NCBI RefSeq assembly: GCF_006345805.1 | Contig: NC_042997.1 | Coordinates: 116,002,001 to 116,066,000 of the forward strand | Direction: 5' to 3' | Length of the DNA stretch: 64,000 nucleotides | Source: Octopus sinensis | Lineage: Eukaryota | In this document: piece after piece, positions 1 through 14,410 of the stretch | Layout: each line of letters opens with the position of its first letter | Numbering within the stretch: the first letter of the stretch is position 1 | Translations under genes and position numbers: made by a program | The notes under the pieces: generated by a model | Databases searched by the model: none | Seen by the model: only the letters and a program-made list of their open reading frames with translations | Told to the model about the DNA's origin: nothing

Positions 1-44
1 TCCGCCAGCTCGCCGCCTTCGTATAATAATGATGATAATAATAA

Positions 45-418
45 TTTCTACTCTAAGCACAAGGCCTTGAAATTTTGGGGGGAAGGGGGCTGGTCTATTA
101 TAGTGACCCCGGTGCGTAACTGGTACTTATTTACCCGACTCTGAAAGGATGAAAGGCAAAGTTGAAGTCTGCGGAATTTGAACTCAGAATGTAGCGGCAG
201 ACGATATATCTATTTCTTTACTACCTACAAGGGGCTAAGCACAGAGAGGACAAACAAGTACAGACAAACCGATTAAGTCGATTATATCGACACCAGTGCG
301 TAACTGGTACTTATTTAATCGACCCCGAAAGGATGAAAGGCAAAGTCGACCTGGGCGGAATTTGAACTCAGAACGTAACGGCAGACGAAACACCGTTAAG
401 CATTTCGCCCGGCGTGCC
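45..418 (-). mobile_element. tRNA-derived SINE family B, head-to-tail dimer (5'-truncated)
   Basis: Minus strand has B-box GAGTTCAAATTCC, body GTCGACTTTGCCTTTCATCCTTTCGGGGTCGAT..AAGTACCAG, a linker ending GTAGTAAAGAAATAG, then a second B-box/body and the terminal tail CCTTGTGCTTAGAGTAGAAA. Confidence 0.8.
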
Positions 419-834
419 ATTTAATAATAATAATTATTATATTTAGGTCTGCCGTTAAAAACTGTTGTTCGGCCGCTGATTCGACTAATTTCATCCTCCT
501 TCTGTCATACGTACGTGCATAAATACATGAAGACATACATGCACGCACGGTGGGTTCTCCTATCGCACACGACATGTGAGGCTTCCTTAACATAGTATGT
601 TCATTTCGATCTTGTGCCAAGACAAGTTTACAGCAACTGAAGATCGTACTGAGCTCTCAGCACGCTCAGTTACAAAGAGGGTTTCTACATGAGCTCACTC
701 TCGCCACCAAGTCGACATTGCATATACGGGTGCACTGTGTGCCAGACGGCAGATGCCAAAGTGATTGCAAACCAAATTGAGAATATTAACCTTCATACAT
801 ACAACGTGAATGGGAAATAAAATAAAGTAAAATA

Positions 835-1095
835 AAATGCTGGTAATCCGTCGGTTACGACGACGAGCGTTTCAGTTAACCCAATCAACGGAACAGCCTG
901 CTCGTGAACCTGACATTCAAATGGCTGAGTACTCCACAGACACGTGTACCCTTTGCATAGTTTTCAAGGAGATTCAGTGTGACACAGAATATGACAAGGC
1001 TGGCTCTTTGAATTTCAGGTACGACTCATTTTTGCCAGGTGAGTGCAATGGTGCAATGTGAAATAAAGTGTCTCGCTCTAGGACACAACGCACCT
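835..1095 (-). mobile_element. SINE family D fragment (central domain plus 3' tail)
   Basis: Minus strand GTGTCCTAGAGCGAGACACTTTATTTCACATTGC..GGCAAAAATGAGT. The same domain recurs at ~38740-38853 (with tRNA-like head) and ~44245-44490. Confidence 0.55.
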
Positions 1096-2749
1096 TCGCG
1101 CGTAAACGCATACGTACGTTTGTATGTGTGTGTGTGTGTGAAAGAGACTTTTTAGGGCGAAACACAAGCTAAAACTAAAGGAATATAAAGAACATTAGTT
1201 TACGACACTACCTCTTTCTATAGAATGCCACAAGGAAACTAAGACAGTAACCACGGAAGCATTATCAACAGCAAAATACGAGGCAAAAAAATCCAACACA
1301 TTGCTGTATCGCATGTGGAAAATAAGCAGATATTAACAGTGAAACAGTTGTAAATACGATAGTAGCGATTTGTATCAGTAACAATATCATTGACGAATGG
1401 CAACCGTGAATATTTGACGGAATTAATAGTAAATTTATTGGGTTATTTCTGAAAACTTAATCTAAATAACCTGAAAGTGTAGCCTGTGTTGAGTCTGTAG
1501 GAAAAGATAATTGCTCATCTGCGACTCATTGAAAAGTGAAGGAAATTGAAATACGATGATTACTTAATGCACTTTATGCACAATTTTAGAGACTTAATAC
1601 ACAACACTCTCACTCTTCACCTTACCCTTTTTTCTCTTTCCTTTTTCTCTCGCTCTTCGCTTTTCCCTTCAACTTATCGCGTGGAAGTGTTACAGATGGG
1701 CTAAGTAATAGAGGAAAAGAACTTAAAAGAAAAACCATTACACATTTCACTCACCGCCATTTCTCTCTCGCACCCTTCCTCTCATTCCATCTCTTCGCCT
1801 CCATTCCCCCCCTTCCTCCTCTCCTCCTCCTCCTCCTCCTCAGCTGATCACTCGGAAGCGTTACTGACGGCCTAAGTAACAGGGTGACAAAACACAATTA
1901 TAAGATGCTGTTTATTATATAACACGGCAACAACATGCTACAATCATTACTTCGTAGAAAGATGAGACCGCGAAACTTTCCAAACGCATACGAACATAGG
2001 AATGTTATACTTTCTGAGCTAAAAAGAATATTGAAAAATATATAAAAATACTAACAGTTGTGTTTTCGATATTAAATGTGTGAAGCCTTTCCTCATTATA
2101 TATACATATACGCATACTTACGTATACACACGCAGACACACACACAAACACGTATAAGTACGTATTTATACAAACGTGTATATATATATAAGTACGTATA
2201 TTTATATATATGTATATATATATACATACATGGACACACACAAACATATATATTTGTACATATGTGTGTATAAATATATGTATGTATATACATACACACA
2301 TACATATATATATATATATGTATATATATTTACATATATATAGATGTATATATGTATATACATATATATATATATACATACATACAGATATATGTGTATA
2401 TACATGTATGTTGCATCGCATAAATACGATATAAGAAGAAGGAAGTAAAAAATGAAGACGACTGTTTATATTTTCGTTTATTTTTGTGCTTTGACGCGTT
2501 TGAAAGAATCAGTTTTACGAACGAACACCGTCGTCTACAACTCTGGCGGGGGATGGGTGCCTATGACTCTCGGCTTCCTCTTTTCTCACCAACAAACCTA
2601 CAATAGAACTGTTAGTCTAGGGTGGCGGGGCTGGTGGAGTGGTGGTGGTGGTGTTGCTCTGTTAGAAGTAGGAGAGTTGTACTGGCCAAATCTGACAGTT
2701 ACTTCCGTTGATATCATTTTACTATAGATTTCTAATAATAAAAACAACA

Positions 2750-2814
<65 letters not shown>

Positions 2815-2816
<2 letters not shown>

Positions 2817-3320
2817 TTGGAAGTGTTATCATGTACATTGTTTTGTCTTGGTATAAAAGATGGGCTACAGCAAATATTCTGCTCAATACCACAGATTTGC
2901 TTGTCAGTTGTTTGACCTTAACCAGTTGAGCATGTCCCTTAGTCGCTGACGATATGTGCATCTCTGATCACGAGCAGAAGTAGTGGGGGAGCATCATAGC
3001 CATGTGTTGAGAGGGATTCTTTGGGGTTTGAATAGTTCACCTCTGGAAACATGGGTGGTTCTTTCAACATCCTTAAACAACCCTTATTCAGGGACCTTTT
3101 GAGCGGGATGAGCTACTCAACCTGAAGAAAATTCTAACTGGGCTCCACCTGCAAGGTCATGTGCTGTTTATCTTGATATGAGATCACCATGTCGCGCACA
3201 TATGGTTGTGATGCATGTGCCTGGTGTACCCTTATCAGACGGGTAGTCATGATGGGTATATTGGGCTTCGTATATTTTACCCCAGTGTCACTTTGATGGC
3301 ATGCACTGCTCTCTCACTCA
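2815..3320 (+). mobile_element. Non-coding (AAT)n-embedded retroelement 'X' (5'-truncated copy)
   Basis: Near-identical to 4902-5240 (+), 40470-41026 (-) and 44880-45372 (-). Shared 3' end CTCTCTCACTCA followed by (ATA)n; flanked by (AAT)n on both sides. Confidence 0.85.
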
Positions 3321-3337
3321 ATAATAATAATAATAAT

Positions 3338-4619
3338 TCAGATACAGAACGACTTTATCTGCCAAGAAAAGAGGGAGGCCGTGGTCTTTTGCAACTGGCA
3401 ATAACAATGAAAATTGCTACAATTGAGCTAGACACCTACCTGAAAAAGTCTGAGGACGGGATGTTAAAACTTGTCTCAAAACATGAAAACAAGAACGCAT
3501 CATACTCAGTAACAAAACAGGCAAAGGAATATCTAAGTGAATTCCGAATACAACCAATTTCGGAATTAGAGATAGACATACAAGAAACAAGCACAGAAAA
3601 AGCTAGGCGCATGAAAACCCGTGCCAAAACTGCGGCCTTAGATATTCTGAATAATAAATGGCAAGAAAAACCTCTCTATGGCAAATACCCAAAGAGAGCG
3701 AATAATGCAGATATTGACAAAGCCCTGACCCATCAATGGCTAATGGCCTCTGGCTTAAAATCTGAAACAGAAGGGTTTATCATAGCAGCTCAAGATCAAT
3801 GCCTACCAACAAGAAACTACCAGTCCAACATATTAAAGAACGGCAGTAGCCCAACATGTCGTGTATGCCGACAACAAAATGAGACCATTGATCATGTTGT
3901 CTCCAAATGCAGTCTTCTAGCGCCTACAGAGTACCTCAACAGGCATGATAGAGCTGCACAATATATTCACTGGGTAATTTGCAAAAACCTGGATTTGCCC
4001 CATGAAAAAAACTGGTGGGAACACAATCCACCTCCAGTGCTTGAAAATGACCACATCTCACTCCTCTGGAACTTCACCATCCAAACTGACAGAAAGATAG
4101 ATGCAAATAGGCCAGACATCATATTGAAAGACTTCAGACAAAGAACATGCCTCCTCATTGATATGACTGTCCCAATCGATATAATCGTGTCTGTCAAGAC
4201 CTACCAAAAACTGAGCAAATATAAAGATCTTGAAATAGAAATCAGCAAAATGTGGAACCTGAAGACTAAAACAATACCTGTCGTCATAGGTGCCCTGGGA
4301 ATGATAGCGTAAGGGGCTGATTGCTACCTAACTCAGATACCAGGAAACCCCAAAATGGCAGAAATTCAAACGATAGTGCTCATGGGAACTGCTCATATCC
4401 TACGCAAAATACTCTCTATGTAATCCCAAGGTTTAAAACAAACATTTAAAAAAAAAATTTATGTATTAGACATTCACTAGTACAACACCAAAATAAAAAA
4501 CCCAAATATATGGCACACTAGGCATAACAACAACGTGAACTTCCAACCTGTTGTCTCTTGAGGTCTCTGGGTGAGACTTGGAGCCCACTTGTACAGACAT
4601 AAAGCAAAAGTCAATCATA

Positions 4620-4620
<1 letters not shown>
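3338..4620 (+). mobile_element. R4/Dong-clade non-LTR retrotransposon, 5'-truncated (end of RT, CCHC zinc finger, restriction-like endonuclease)
   Basis: Translation LYLPRKEGGRGL..WQEKPLYGKY..ETEGFIIAAQDQ..CRVCRQQNETIDHVVSKC..RHD..ANRPDIIL..LIDMTVP..KLSKYKDL..VIGALG. One premature TAA at 4310-4312, then GADCYLTQIPG..GTAHILRKILSM* ending 4423. Inserted in (AAT)n at both ends. Confidence 0.92.
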
Positions 4621-4696
<76 letters not shown>

Positions 4697-4782
4697 CTTG
4701 ATGATTATTATTATTATTATTATTAACCACAAGGGTTTGCATTAAGAAAAGCATTATAGACAGCAGAGGGCAAAACAAATAT

Positions 4783-5271
<489 letters not shown>

Positions 5272-5317
5272 TGATAAATAATAATAATGATAATGATAAT
5301 AATAATAAATAATAATA

Positions 5318-5380
<63 letters not shown>

Positions 5381-5394
5381 GTGATGATGATTTC

Positions 5395-6290
5395 TTAATT
5401 AACTACAAGGGTTTACATGAAGAAAAACATTACGGACAGCACAGGAGAAAACGAAAAATGTGTGTGTATGTGTGGGTGGGTGTGTAGAGCTGAGGGTATT
5501 GCGTGTGCACAACACTAATAAAATAAAATAAAAAAGATCAACAATATTTAATCCTCAAAAGGGACGAGATGTTTGAGGGCTGGTCATGGAAAAACCTCAT
5601 AAAAACCATGGGTGCCCTGACTTTTGGGGAAGGTGCCTTTTTTCGTTTCCTTTCCTTTCTCCAACTATAGACGTATGCTGAGGGCAGGCCCATTCACTCG
5701 TACCATTTAAATAATAATAGGGCCGAATACCAAACATAGAGGACGATACATAGACAAGGGACAATGAGCTTAAACGTCTAAGCAGCCAACAAACATAACG
5801 ATTAACCAAGAGATTAAATCAACAACATGCTTCCTCAATAGGGGGGAGTTCCAACGTAAGGTGACCAAAGAGACCTCACGCGCTTTGGATCCCTTAGCAC
5901 CAACGGCTCCTCATGAAATCACCCTCTCTTACCTCTTCCATCCGGCCTACAGGCGCACACTTAGAGTAGGCCCATTTACGCGGGCCATTCTTTCCACATT
6001 TACCCACCTTTCAACGAACTTACTGGGTGACAGTACTTCCCTCTCCAGCCTCACTTTTCTTTTCAGGTGGAACCTGAAAAAGTTAATGAGTTCTTGGCCA
6101 AAGACGAAGGTACCCGTCTACAACCCTTTCTATTGCGTCCACCACACAACCTCTTTTGCCATAGCCACCAGACAGAAAAATTGCTCTCCATTCCCAGTCA
6201 AAGGAAGGTGGCGGGGCGATCTTCATAATAAACTCAGGCGAGAGCCGTATCTGTCCTACACATGACAATAATGCCTTAGGTGTCAGGAAG
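5395..6290 (-). mobile_element. Tx1/L1-like LINE 3' ends, two tandem fragments (about 6290-5707 and 5706-5395)
   Basis: Minus-strand translation across frameshifts (MSCVGQIRLSPEFIMKIAPPPSF..AKEVVW..FRFHLKRK..ARMARVNGPTLSVRL*) aligns with the 29525-29989 ORF. The RMVRVNGPALSIRL* terminus is repeated starting at ~5706. Confidence 0.7.
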
Positions 6291-6319
6291 ACAATCAGTA
6301 AGAAATGAAAACAGAACTT

Positions 6320-7232
6320 TCTACTTTTGGCACAAAGCCTGACATTTTTGGAGAGGGGCCTAGTCTATTACATCGACTCCAGTGTTTCACTAGTACTTAA
6401 TTTATCGATCCCGAAAGGATAAAAGACAAAGTCGACCTCGGCGGAATTTGAACTCAGAACTTTGCGGCGGACGAAACACCGCTAAGCATTTTGTCCAACG
6501 TGCTAACGACTCTGCCAGCTGGCAGTCCTACAACAACAACAATATAGGCACAAAGCTAGAAATTTGTGGGGAGAGGGAAGTCTGTCACATCGTTCCTATT
6601 TATCGCCCCCGAAAAGATGAAAGTCGACCCCGGCGGCATTTTTAACTCAGAACATAAGGTCGGACGAAATGCCGCTAAGCATTTTGTCCGGCGTGATAAT
6701 GATTTTGCTACTTTGCCGCCGTTTGATAACCTCTCCTAATTTAGGTATAAATCCAATAATTTTGAGTGGAAGGTTTAATCGATGATATCGACCTTAGTTC
6801 TTGAAAGCCACTTTATTTTATCGACCCCGAAGGAAGAAAAGGCAAAGTTGATCGCGGCGTAAATTGAACTCATATATTGGAGATTCGTAACAAACCACGC
6901 AAATATTTGTTTCCGACACTGGTGGCCTTGCTTTACTTTACAAATGCCGATAGGATCGTATATTACAAATCCACGTTATAAAAACAAAATACAAAATTAC
7001 TTTAATATGTAGTGTAACTTCAAAGGCGGGAAGCTGGCAGAATCGTTAACACGTCGGGCAAAAATGCTTAGCGGAATTTTCTCCTTCACATTCTGAGTTC
7101 AAATCCTGCTGAGGTTCACATTGTCGTTTATTCTTTCGGGGTCGATAAAATAAGTGCCAATTGAGTACTGGGGATCGAAGTAATCGTCTTACCTTTTCCC
7201 GGAAATTACTCGCCTTTTGCCAGAATTTGAAA
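6320..7232. mobile_element. Cluster of degenerate SINE B copies (about 6320-6530 -, 6550-6720 -, 6740-6900 -, 7022-7232 +)
   Basis: Repeated GTCGAC-N-GGCGGAATTTGAACTCAG and GATCCCGAAAGGAT motifs; the plus copy has head GGCGGGAAGCTGGCAGAATCGTTAAC. Confidence 0.7.
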
Positions 7233-7235
7233 TTA

Positions 7236-7450
7236 AGGCTTTGGTTGGCCCAAGGCTACAGCAGAAGAAACTTGCCCAAGATGCTACGCAGTGGGACTGA
7301 ACCCGGAACCATTTGGTTGGGAAGCAAGCACATGGTTCCGGGTTCATTCTCACTGGGTGACACCTTGGGCAAGTGTCTTCTACTATAGCCTCGAGCCAAC
7401 CAAAGTTTTGTGAGTGGATTTGGTAGATGGAATCTGAAAGAAGCCCGTCG

Positions 7451-7511
<61 letters not shown>

Positions 7512-7712
7512 ATTTGTGTGTCTGTGTTTGTCCTCCCACCATCGATTGACAACTGATGTTGGTGGGTTTACGTACCCGTAACTTAGCGGTTCGGCAAAAG
7601 AGACCGATAGAACAAGTACTAAGCTTACAAAAATAAGTCCTGGGGTCTATTTGTTCGGCTAAAGGTGTTGCTCCAGCATGGCTGCAGTTAAATGACTGAA
7701 ACAAGTAATAAA
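7236..7712. mobile_element. SINE family A: inverted head fragment (7236-7330, -) fused to a plus-strand copy (7328-7712)
   Basis: GGTTCCGGGTTCA..CCTTGGGCAAGTGTCTTCTACTATAGCC is present in both orientations. Internal (TA)n(TG)n, then 3' half ending GACTGAAACAAGTAA. Confidence 0.8.
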
Positions 7713-7730
7713 GCGTAATATGTAATATTA

Positions 7731-7818
7731 CGGGTATATGGCGTAGTGATTAAGAGCGCGGGCTACTAACCCCAAGATTCCGAGTTCGATTTTAGGCAGT
7801 GACCTGAATAAAAATAAA

Positions 7819-7862
<44 letters not shown>

Positions 7863-8015
7863 CAACATCGAAAATTACCTTAGGAATGAGAACCCAGGTT
7901 TGAAATTTCCCCAAGACACCCGATGAAGGCTGGAGGGTATATCAGCCGAAACGTTGTGTTAATAACAAACAAGATGAGGGCAAATATTCGTCAAATGTAA
8001 ATAATATAAATAATT
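7731..8015 (+). mobile_element. tRNA-headed SINE (family E) with internal (AAT)n and hammerhead-like 3' module
   Basis: A-box TGGCGTAGTGA (7739-7749), B-box GAGTTCGATTT and a tRNA-like arm layout; (AAT)n 7806-7865; tail TGTAAATAATATAAATAAT. Confidence 0.7.
7915..7960 (+). ncRNA. Candidate minimal type I hammerhead ribozyme (U4C core, GUU site)
   Basis: GACAC-CCGATGA-A-GGCTG[GAGGGTATAT]CAGCC-GAAA-CG-T-T-GTGTT: stem I GACAC/GTGTT, 5-bp stem II, palindromic ACGT as stem III. Confidence 0.6.
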
Positions 8016-9089
8016 TCTCATCTCTACTTTACCTTGTGTGGAATGTTATAAGCGTTTGTCCATGTATATCACACAGTAAGCTGGGCTGAGAATAACACCG
8101 GTTTCCGTCTTTTTTACATTATCAAAACGTTTTGCTGTCACAACGATTGTATAGAATCTCGTGATTCCAGCCAGTTTATCGTCAGACATACATAGAAGCT
8201 ATGAGAAGCATAGAGAAAATTAATGAGAATAGCTAAACCCGTAAACATAAACTCATAAATAATGTCTTGCCTCAGGAAAGACACGCACGCAACACTATCG
8301 CGTTTGTCTTGTATAAATCTGAAGAGAAGAGTACTTTGTGTCTATGAAACAGACAATTGTTTCACAATTCTTCACGAGTAATGGTAGAATTTAGAAGAAA
8401 GATAACTTGGCAATTCGGTATCGACTTACTGTAAACCTGTTTAAAAAATTTTTTTATATGTTGCTAATTCCTTGCCAAATATAATAACAGTAAAAATTGT
8501 CATTTTTCTATTCGCAAAAATCTCAAACTTCATGTAAAATTCTACGAAGTTGCTACTATTCTCATGATAATTATAAATGGAATGTTATAGATAACAAAGG
8601 AATTATTTTGTGATAGTAAAAATGCATAAGAAACCAAGGAAAAAATAAGTAAACACGTGAAAAAGGAAAGTGGTCTTCAGATGAAATAGATAAAGGAAGT
8701 AATACTGTAAACAGGAGCTATGAAATTTATAAATAACCACTTACGTATCTCACAAAATCTTTTAGTTTTAGCAAGAAAGGCACGTTCTCCTGTTCTGAAA
8801 CCAATTTAAAAAGAAATAAAATTCCCATTAAATTGGTAATTGAAGGGAAGTAGGGAAATCATAAGCAAGGGCAAAAGAAATAGAAAAAAAAGGGTAAGTT
8901 TTGACTAAGGTATCAACGAATAGCGTCGGTTCACTCAAAATAGGACAGAGAAGCAAGCTGGAATGATTATCAGTAATTTGTTAATGACATGTATCAAGTC
9001 ACGTGATATATCACAGTTGCCATTGTGATTATGACTATGGTTACGTAGGGATTGTTTCATTGGCAGAGGGTCCAAAATTTTGTTGGAGG

Positions 9090-9242
9090 GCGCAGTCGAT
9101 TAAATCGACCCCAGGACTTATTCTTTGTAATCCTAGTACTTATTCTATCGGTCTCTCTTGCCGAACCGCTATGTTACGGGGACGTAAACACACCAGCATC
9201 GGTTGTCAGGCGATGATTGGGGGACAAACACAGACACACAAA

Positions 9243-9330
<88 letters not shown>

Positions 9331-9497
9331 TACGACAGGCTTCTTTCAGTTTCCGTCTACCAAATCCACTCACAATGGTTTGGTTGGCCCGATGCTATAG
9401 TAGAAGACACTTGCCGAAGGTGCCACGCAGTGGGACTGAACTCGGAACCATGTGATTCGTAAGCAAGTTACTTACCACACAGCCACTCCTGCGCCTA
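9090..9497 (-). mobile_element. SINE family A, near full length with internal (TA)n/(TG)n
   Basis: Head AGGCGCAGGAGTGGCTGTGTGGTAAG on the minus strand, central CTTCGGCAAGTGTCTTCTACTATAGC, microsatellite, 3' half with CTGGGGTCGATTTAATCGAC. Confidence 0.85.
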
Positions 9498-9699
9498 CGA
9501 AATTTTTTCCCTTCTTAGATTTAGCTTTGCCCCGCTCATGAGTAGTACCCTGTTTTTTACGTTTAAAATCATGTATGAAATAGTGCGACTTATATACGAG
9601 TAAATACGCTAATTTATCGAGCCCATGTATACAAAAGGTAAAGCCATTCTCAGAAACTAAGAAGATATAACACAATACCACTAATATTTGTTCACTCTA

Positions 9700-10295
9700 A
9701 GGCTGCCAGTTGGCAGAATCGTTAGCACGCCGGGCGAAATGCTTAGCGGTATTTCGTCTGTCTTTACGTTCTGAGTTCAAATTCCGCCGAGGTTGACTTT
9801 GCCTTTCATCCTTTCGGGGTCCATAAATTAAGTACTAGTTGCGTACTGGGGTCAATCTACTCGACTGGCCCCTTCCCCCAATATTTTGTGCCTTGTGCCT
9901 AGAGAAGAAAAGAGTGAATGCGTTGGCGAAGGCGGCAGAAACGTTAGCACGCCGGGCGAAATGCTTAGCGGTATTTCGTCTGCCGTTACGTTCAAATTCC
10001 GCCGTGGTCGACTTTGCCTTTCATCCTTTCGGGGTCGATTAAATAAGTACCAGTTACGCACTGGGGTCAATATAATCGACTTAATCCGTTTGTCCTCTCT
10101 GTGTTTAGCCCCTTGTGGGTAGTAAAGAAATAGGTATTTCGTCAGTCTTTACGTTCTGGGTTTAAATTCCGTTGGAGTCGACTTTGCCTTTCATCCTTTC
10201 GGGGTCGATAAATTAAGTACCAGTTGCATACTGGGGTCGATTTAATCGGCTGGCCTCTTCCCCCAAAATTTCGGGTCTTGTGCCTAGTGTAGAAA
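9700..10295 (+). mobile_element. SINE B monomer (9700-9915) followed by SINE B dimer (9928-10295)
   Basis: Heads TGGCAGAATCGTTAGCACGCCGGGCGAAATGCTTAGCGG; dimer junction GTAGTAAAGAAATAG|GTATTTCGTC at ~10120-10143. Confidence 0.85.
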
Positions 10296-10554
10296 CGAAT
10301 ATTTGTTCCCTCTGCTTTTTCTGCTTGAGCGCCACCCTAAAATTAATCGATTTATACCTTAATACACAGCGGCTACTTGGCGTTGCAATTATATATTTTG
10401 GCTCCTTATGTTATGAGTTCAAATCTCGGGGTAAATTTTTTCGTTCATCCTTCCAGGGTAAAACGAAGTAGTCATACAAAAGGATCGATGTAAGCGACGA
10501 GTCACCTCTCCTCCAAATTGTTACTCTTCCCTCTAAATTGGAAACAGTAATTTC

Positions 10555-10692
10555 ACCTGCTTCCCAACCACATGCTTCTTGGTTCAGTCCCGCTGCGTGG
10601 CATTTTGGACAAGTGTCTTCTACTATAGCCTCGGGCCGACCAAATCCTTTGGAGTGGGTTTGGTAGACGGAAATTGATAAAAGCTCGTCGAA

Positions 10693-10781
<89 letters not shown>

Positions 10782-11015
10782 CTATATGTATATATATGTA
10801 TGTATATATATATAAATGTGTGTGTGTCTATGTTATTCCCCTACCAACACTTGACAACCGGTATTGGTGTGTTTATGTCCCCGTGACTTAGTGGTTTGGC
10901 AAAAGATAGCGATAGAATAAGTACCAGGCTTTGACCAGGGTCAATTCGTTCGACTAAAAATTCTTCAAGCCGGTGTCCCAGCATGGCCGCAGTCTGATGA
11001 CTGAAACAAGTAAAG
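10555..11015 (+). mobile_element. SINE family A with internal (TCTA)n
   Basis: GCTTCCCAACCACATG..GGACAAGTGTCTTCTACTATAGCC..(TCTA)n..GACTGAAACAAGTAAAG. Confidence 0.8.
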
Positions 11016-11277
11016 TATAAAAGAAATAGATTTTACCAATAATATCACGATTCATTGTTACTTATAAAAGCAAAATATTGCTCGCTCTGTCGGTGGGGTT
11101 AAATTATAAAATACAAAATTCGGTCAAAGGGATTTTACCTGAATTCCGGCTAACAATATTACATAATTAATTTTAGGTTGGCGGACTGGTAGAAACTGTT
11201 GTGGACAATTGCCTGGTGGTGTTTAGTTCAATATCAAGTATAATAATAACAACTTGGTTTGCTGTGAGGAAGATAGA

Positions 11278-11315
11278 AGCCTAACATTTCGAGCATTGCC
11301 TCTTCATCAGAGAAA
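11278..11315 (-). ncRNA. Degenerate hammerhead-like motif
   Basis: Minus strand TTTCT-CTGATGA-A-GAG[GCAATG]CTC-GAAA-TG-T-T-AGGCT. Intact CUGAUGA and GAAA, but stem I is only ~3 bp. Confidence 0.35.
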
Positions 11316-11724
11316 TTTGCTTATGTCAACATTTAGTGTGATATCATCATATAAACAGACAGTGAGTAATATACAAAGATCAAACTCGTACGAAATATTC
11401 TGAGCGAATTATTTATTATATAAGCAACCAAGCCAGCCAACCAGCTAGCCAGCAAGCAAGATAGCCGGCCTGTATATGATATACAATGAATAGAACCGTG
11501 TGAAATAATGAAGCAATGTCTGTAATATGAAGTCACAAAAGCTGTTTTTCTGCTGGAATCGTCTGCTTCACATTACCATACAACACACAGTCCCGCTCTC
11601 AACTGCATAAATCTTCTGTGAAACTTCCAACACCAGCGCCATATTGTAACCAATAGCTCCGCTAACGTCTGTCTACGCTTCTTTCTCATCCTCGTCATTA
11701 TCATCTTTTATTTTGATGTAAGAA

Positions 11725-12680
<956 letters not shown>

Positions 12681-13754
12681 TTGTTATTTTGTTAACGGCA
12701 TTGCAAAGGAGCATCTAGAAATTCTGCGAAACTATTTGGCCATTCTTACTAACTGGCAATTCTTTTCTTTCCATCCAGCCAGTCTACAATGGGTGCGTCA
12801 ACGTGCTCGTTCGACATGCTAGAATTAGCAGTAGAATAGCCCTCAAATTGCATACACGAGTGTTAAAGACAAAGGACGCATTGGATAATCGAGTTCCATG
12901 GAAAGTGTTTTAAGAAAACAAAACAAAAAAAAAACAAGAAAACAAGTTGGTCGTGGCTGGAGCGTCTGTAATTGTACGTCTGTCGAATCAGGGCTGAGCT
13001 GGGACTAAACAACAACAGCAACAACAACAACACTTTTGCCACAGAGAAATCCAAAACTATTACTGAAGTCACGACAGAGAAGTCTGTTATGTGGCAGTTC
13101 TTGCTGCTTAACTTCCAGTAGATCATCAAGGACCTTCCATCCATGAACATCCTGTCTATTATTCATATATGCTGAATCCAGAATTACATAATTCACATGT
13201 CCTTCTTTTTTACATGACGATAAGGTGTTTGCCTGTTGTTTCTAGCAGGTTTAGCCAAATCTGTTTAAACAGTCACTCATAGGTTTGATGTCATCGTTGT
13301 TCAAGTATAGATTAATTTTAATCAAATAGACATATAATCAAATGAGTTCCAGTCGTGACAATCTCATCTTGTATTCAAATGTAATTTAGAATTCTTTTCT
13401 CTCCCGTTTCAAAGATAGTAGCGTGTAATCTCGGGAGATTTGGCTGCTATTTCTAGCAGAGCTAACGGACATGTGGTAGCCTTGCTGTTGCCTCGTAGCG
13501 AAGCTAGTTACTATTGTCGTTGCTGTCGTTTTGCCCACCACACCGGTTTCAACCTGGTTTGGAAGCATTGAAATGTGTATTGTACGATAAAAAATCATAA
13601 GATGATATTTTTTCGATTGCATGTTTTTATAAGGGTGAGGTGTGATTTAAAGGAAACCCAGCTGTTAACTTTTGTAGATCAAGCTACCACATAGAGGCTT
13701 TCTTGATGGTTCGTAGTGAAGTTAGTTATTTTCTCATGTATATTTTTTGTCTTT

Positions 13755-13958
13755 CTTTATTCTTTTATTTGTATCAGTCATTTGATTGCGGCCACGCTGG
13801 AGCACCGCTTTTAGTCGAACAAATCGACCCCAAGACTTTGTAAGTCTAGTAATTATTCCATCGGTCTCTTTTGCCGAACCGCTAAGTTGCGAGGACGTAA
13901 ATACAGCAACACCGGTTGTCAAACGATGGTGGATGGACAAACACAGACACACAATCAT

Positions 13959-14014
<56 letters not shown>

Positions 14015-14170
14015 TATATATTATATCCGACAGGCTTCTTTCAGTTTCCGTCTAACAAGGCTTCGGTCAGCCCGAGGCTAGAGTAGAAGACACTTGCCCG
14101 AGATGATACGCAGTGAGACTGAACCCGGAACCATCTGGTTGGTAAGGAAGCTACTTACCTCACAGCCACT
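13755..14170 (-). mobile_element. SINE family A with internal (TA)n
   Basis: Both halves present: GCGGCCACGCTGGAGCACCGC.. at 13790 and AGTAGAAGACACTTGCCC.. at 14082. Confidence 0.85.
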
Positions 14171-14248
14171 ATATTGAATTAGCAATTCTGAATCGCTTGT
14201 TTCATTAAGCTTGGAATATTTGCCCTTTGCCCTTCTCCTCAGTAACAG

Positions 14249-14327
<79 letters not shown>

Positions 14328-14328
14328 C

Positions 14329-14410
<82 letters not shown>

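Noticed and set aside
3215-3337. N-terminal extension and start codon of the 365-aa ORF as a real gene start
   Set aside because: Derived from non-coding element X plus (AAT)n fused in frame to a 5'-truncated Dong; the same artefact occurs at 40402-40603.
7731-7805. Functional tRNA gene (also the SINE heads at ~21120-21189, 31880-31958 and 38790-38853)
   Set aside because: Acceptor and T stems do not pair properly and the heads continue into SINE bodies; they are SINE promoters, not tRNAs.
13005-13196. 63-aa ORF as a host exon
   Set aside because: No recognisable domain, it runs into a (GTT)n repeat, and there is no supportable splice structure.
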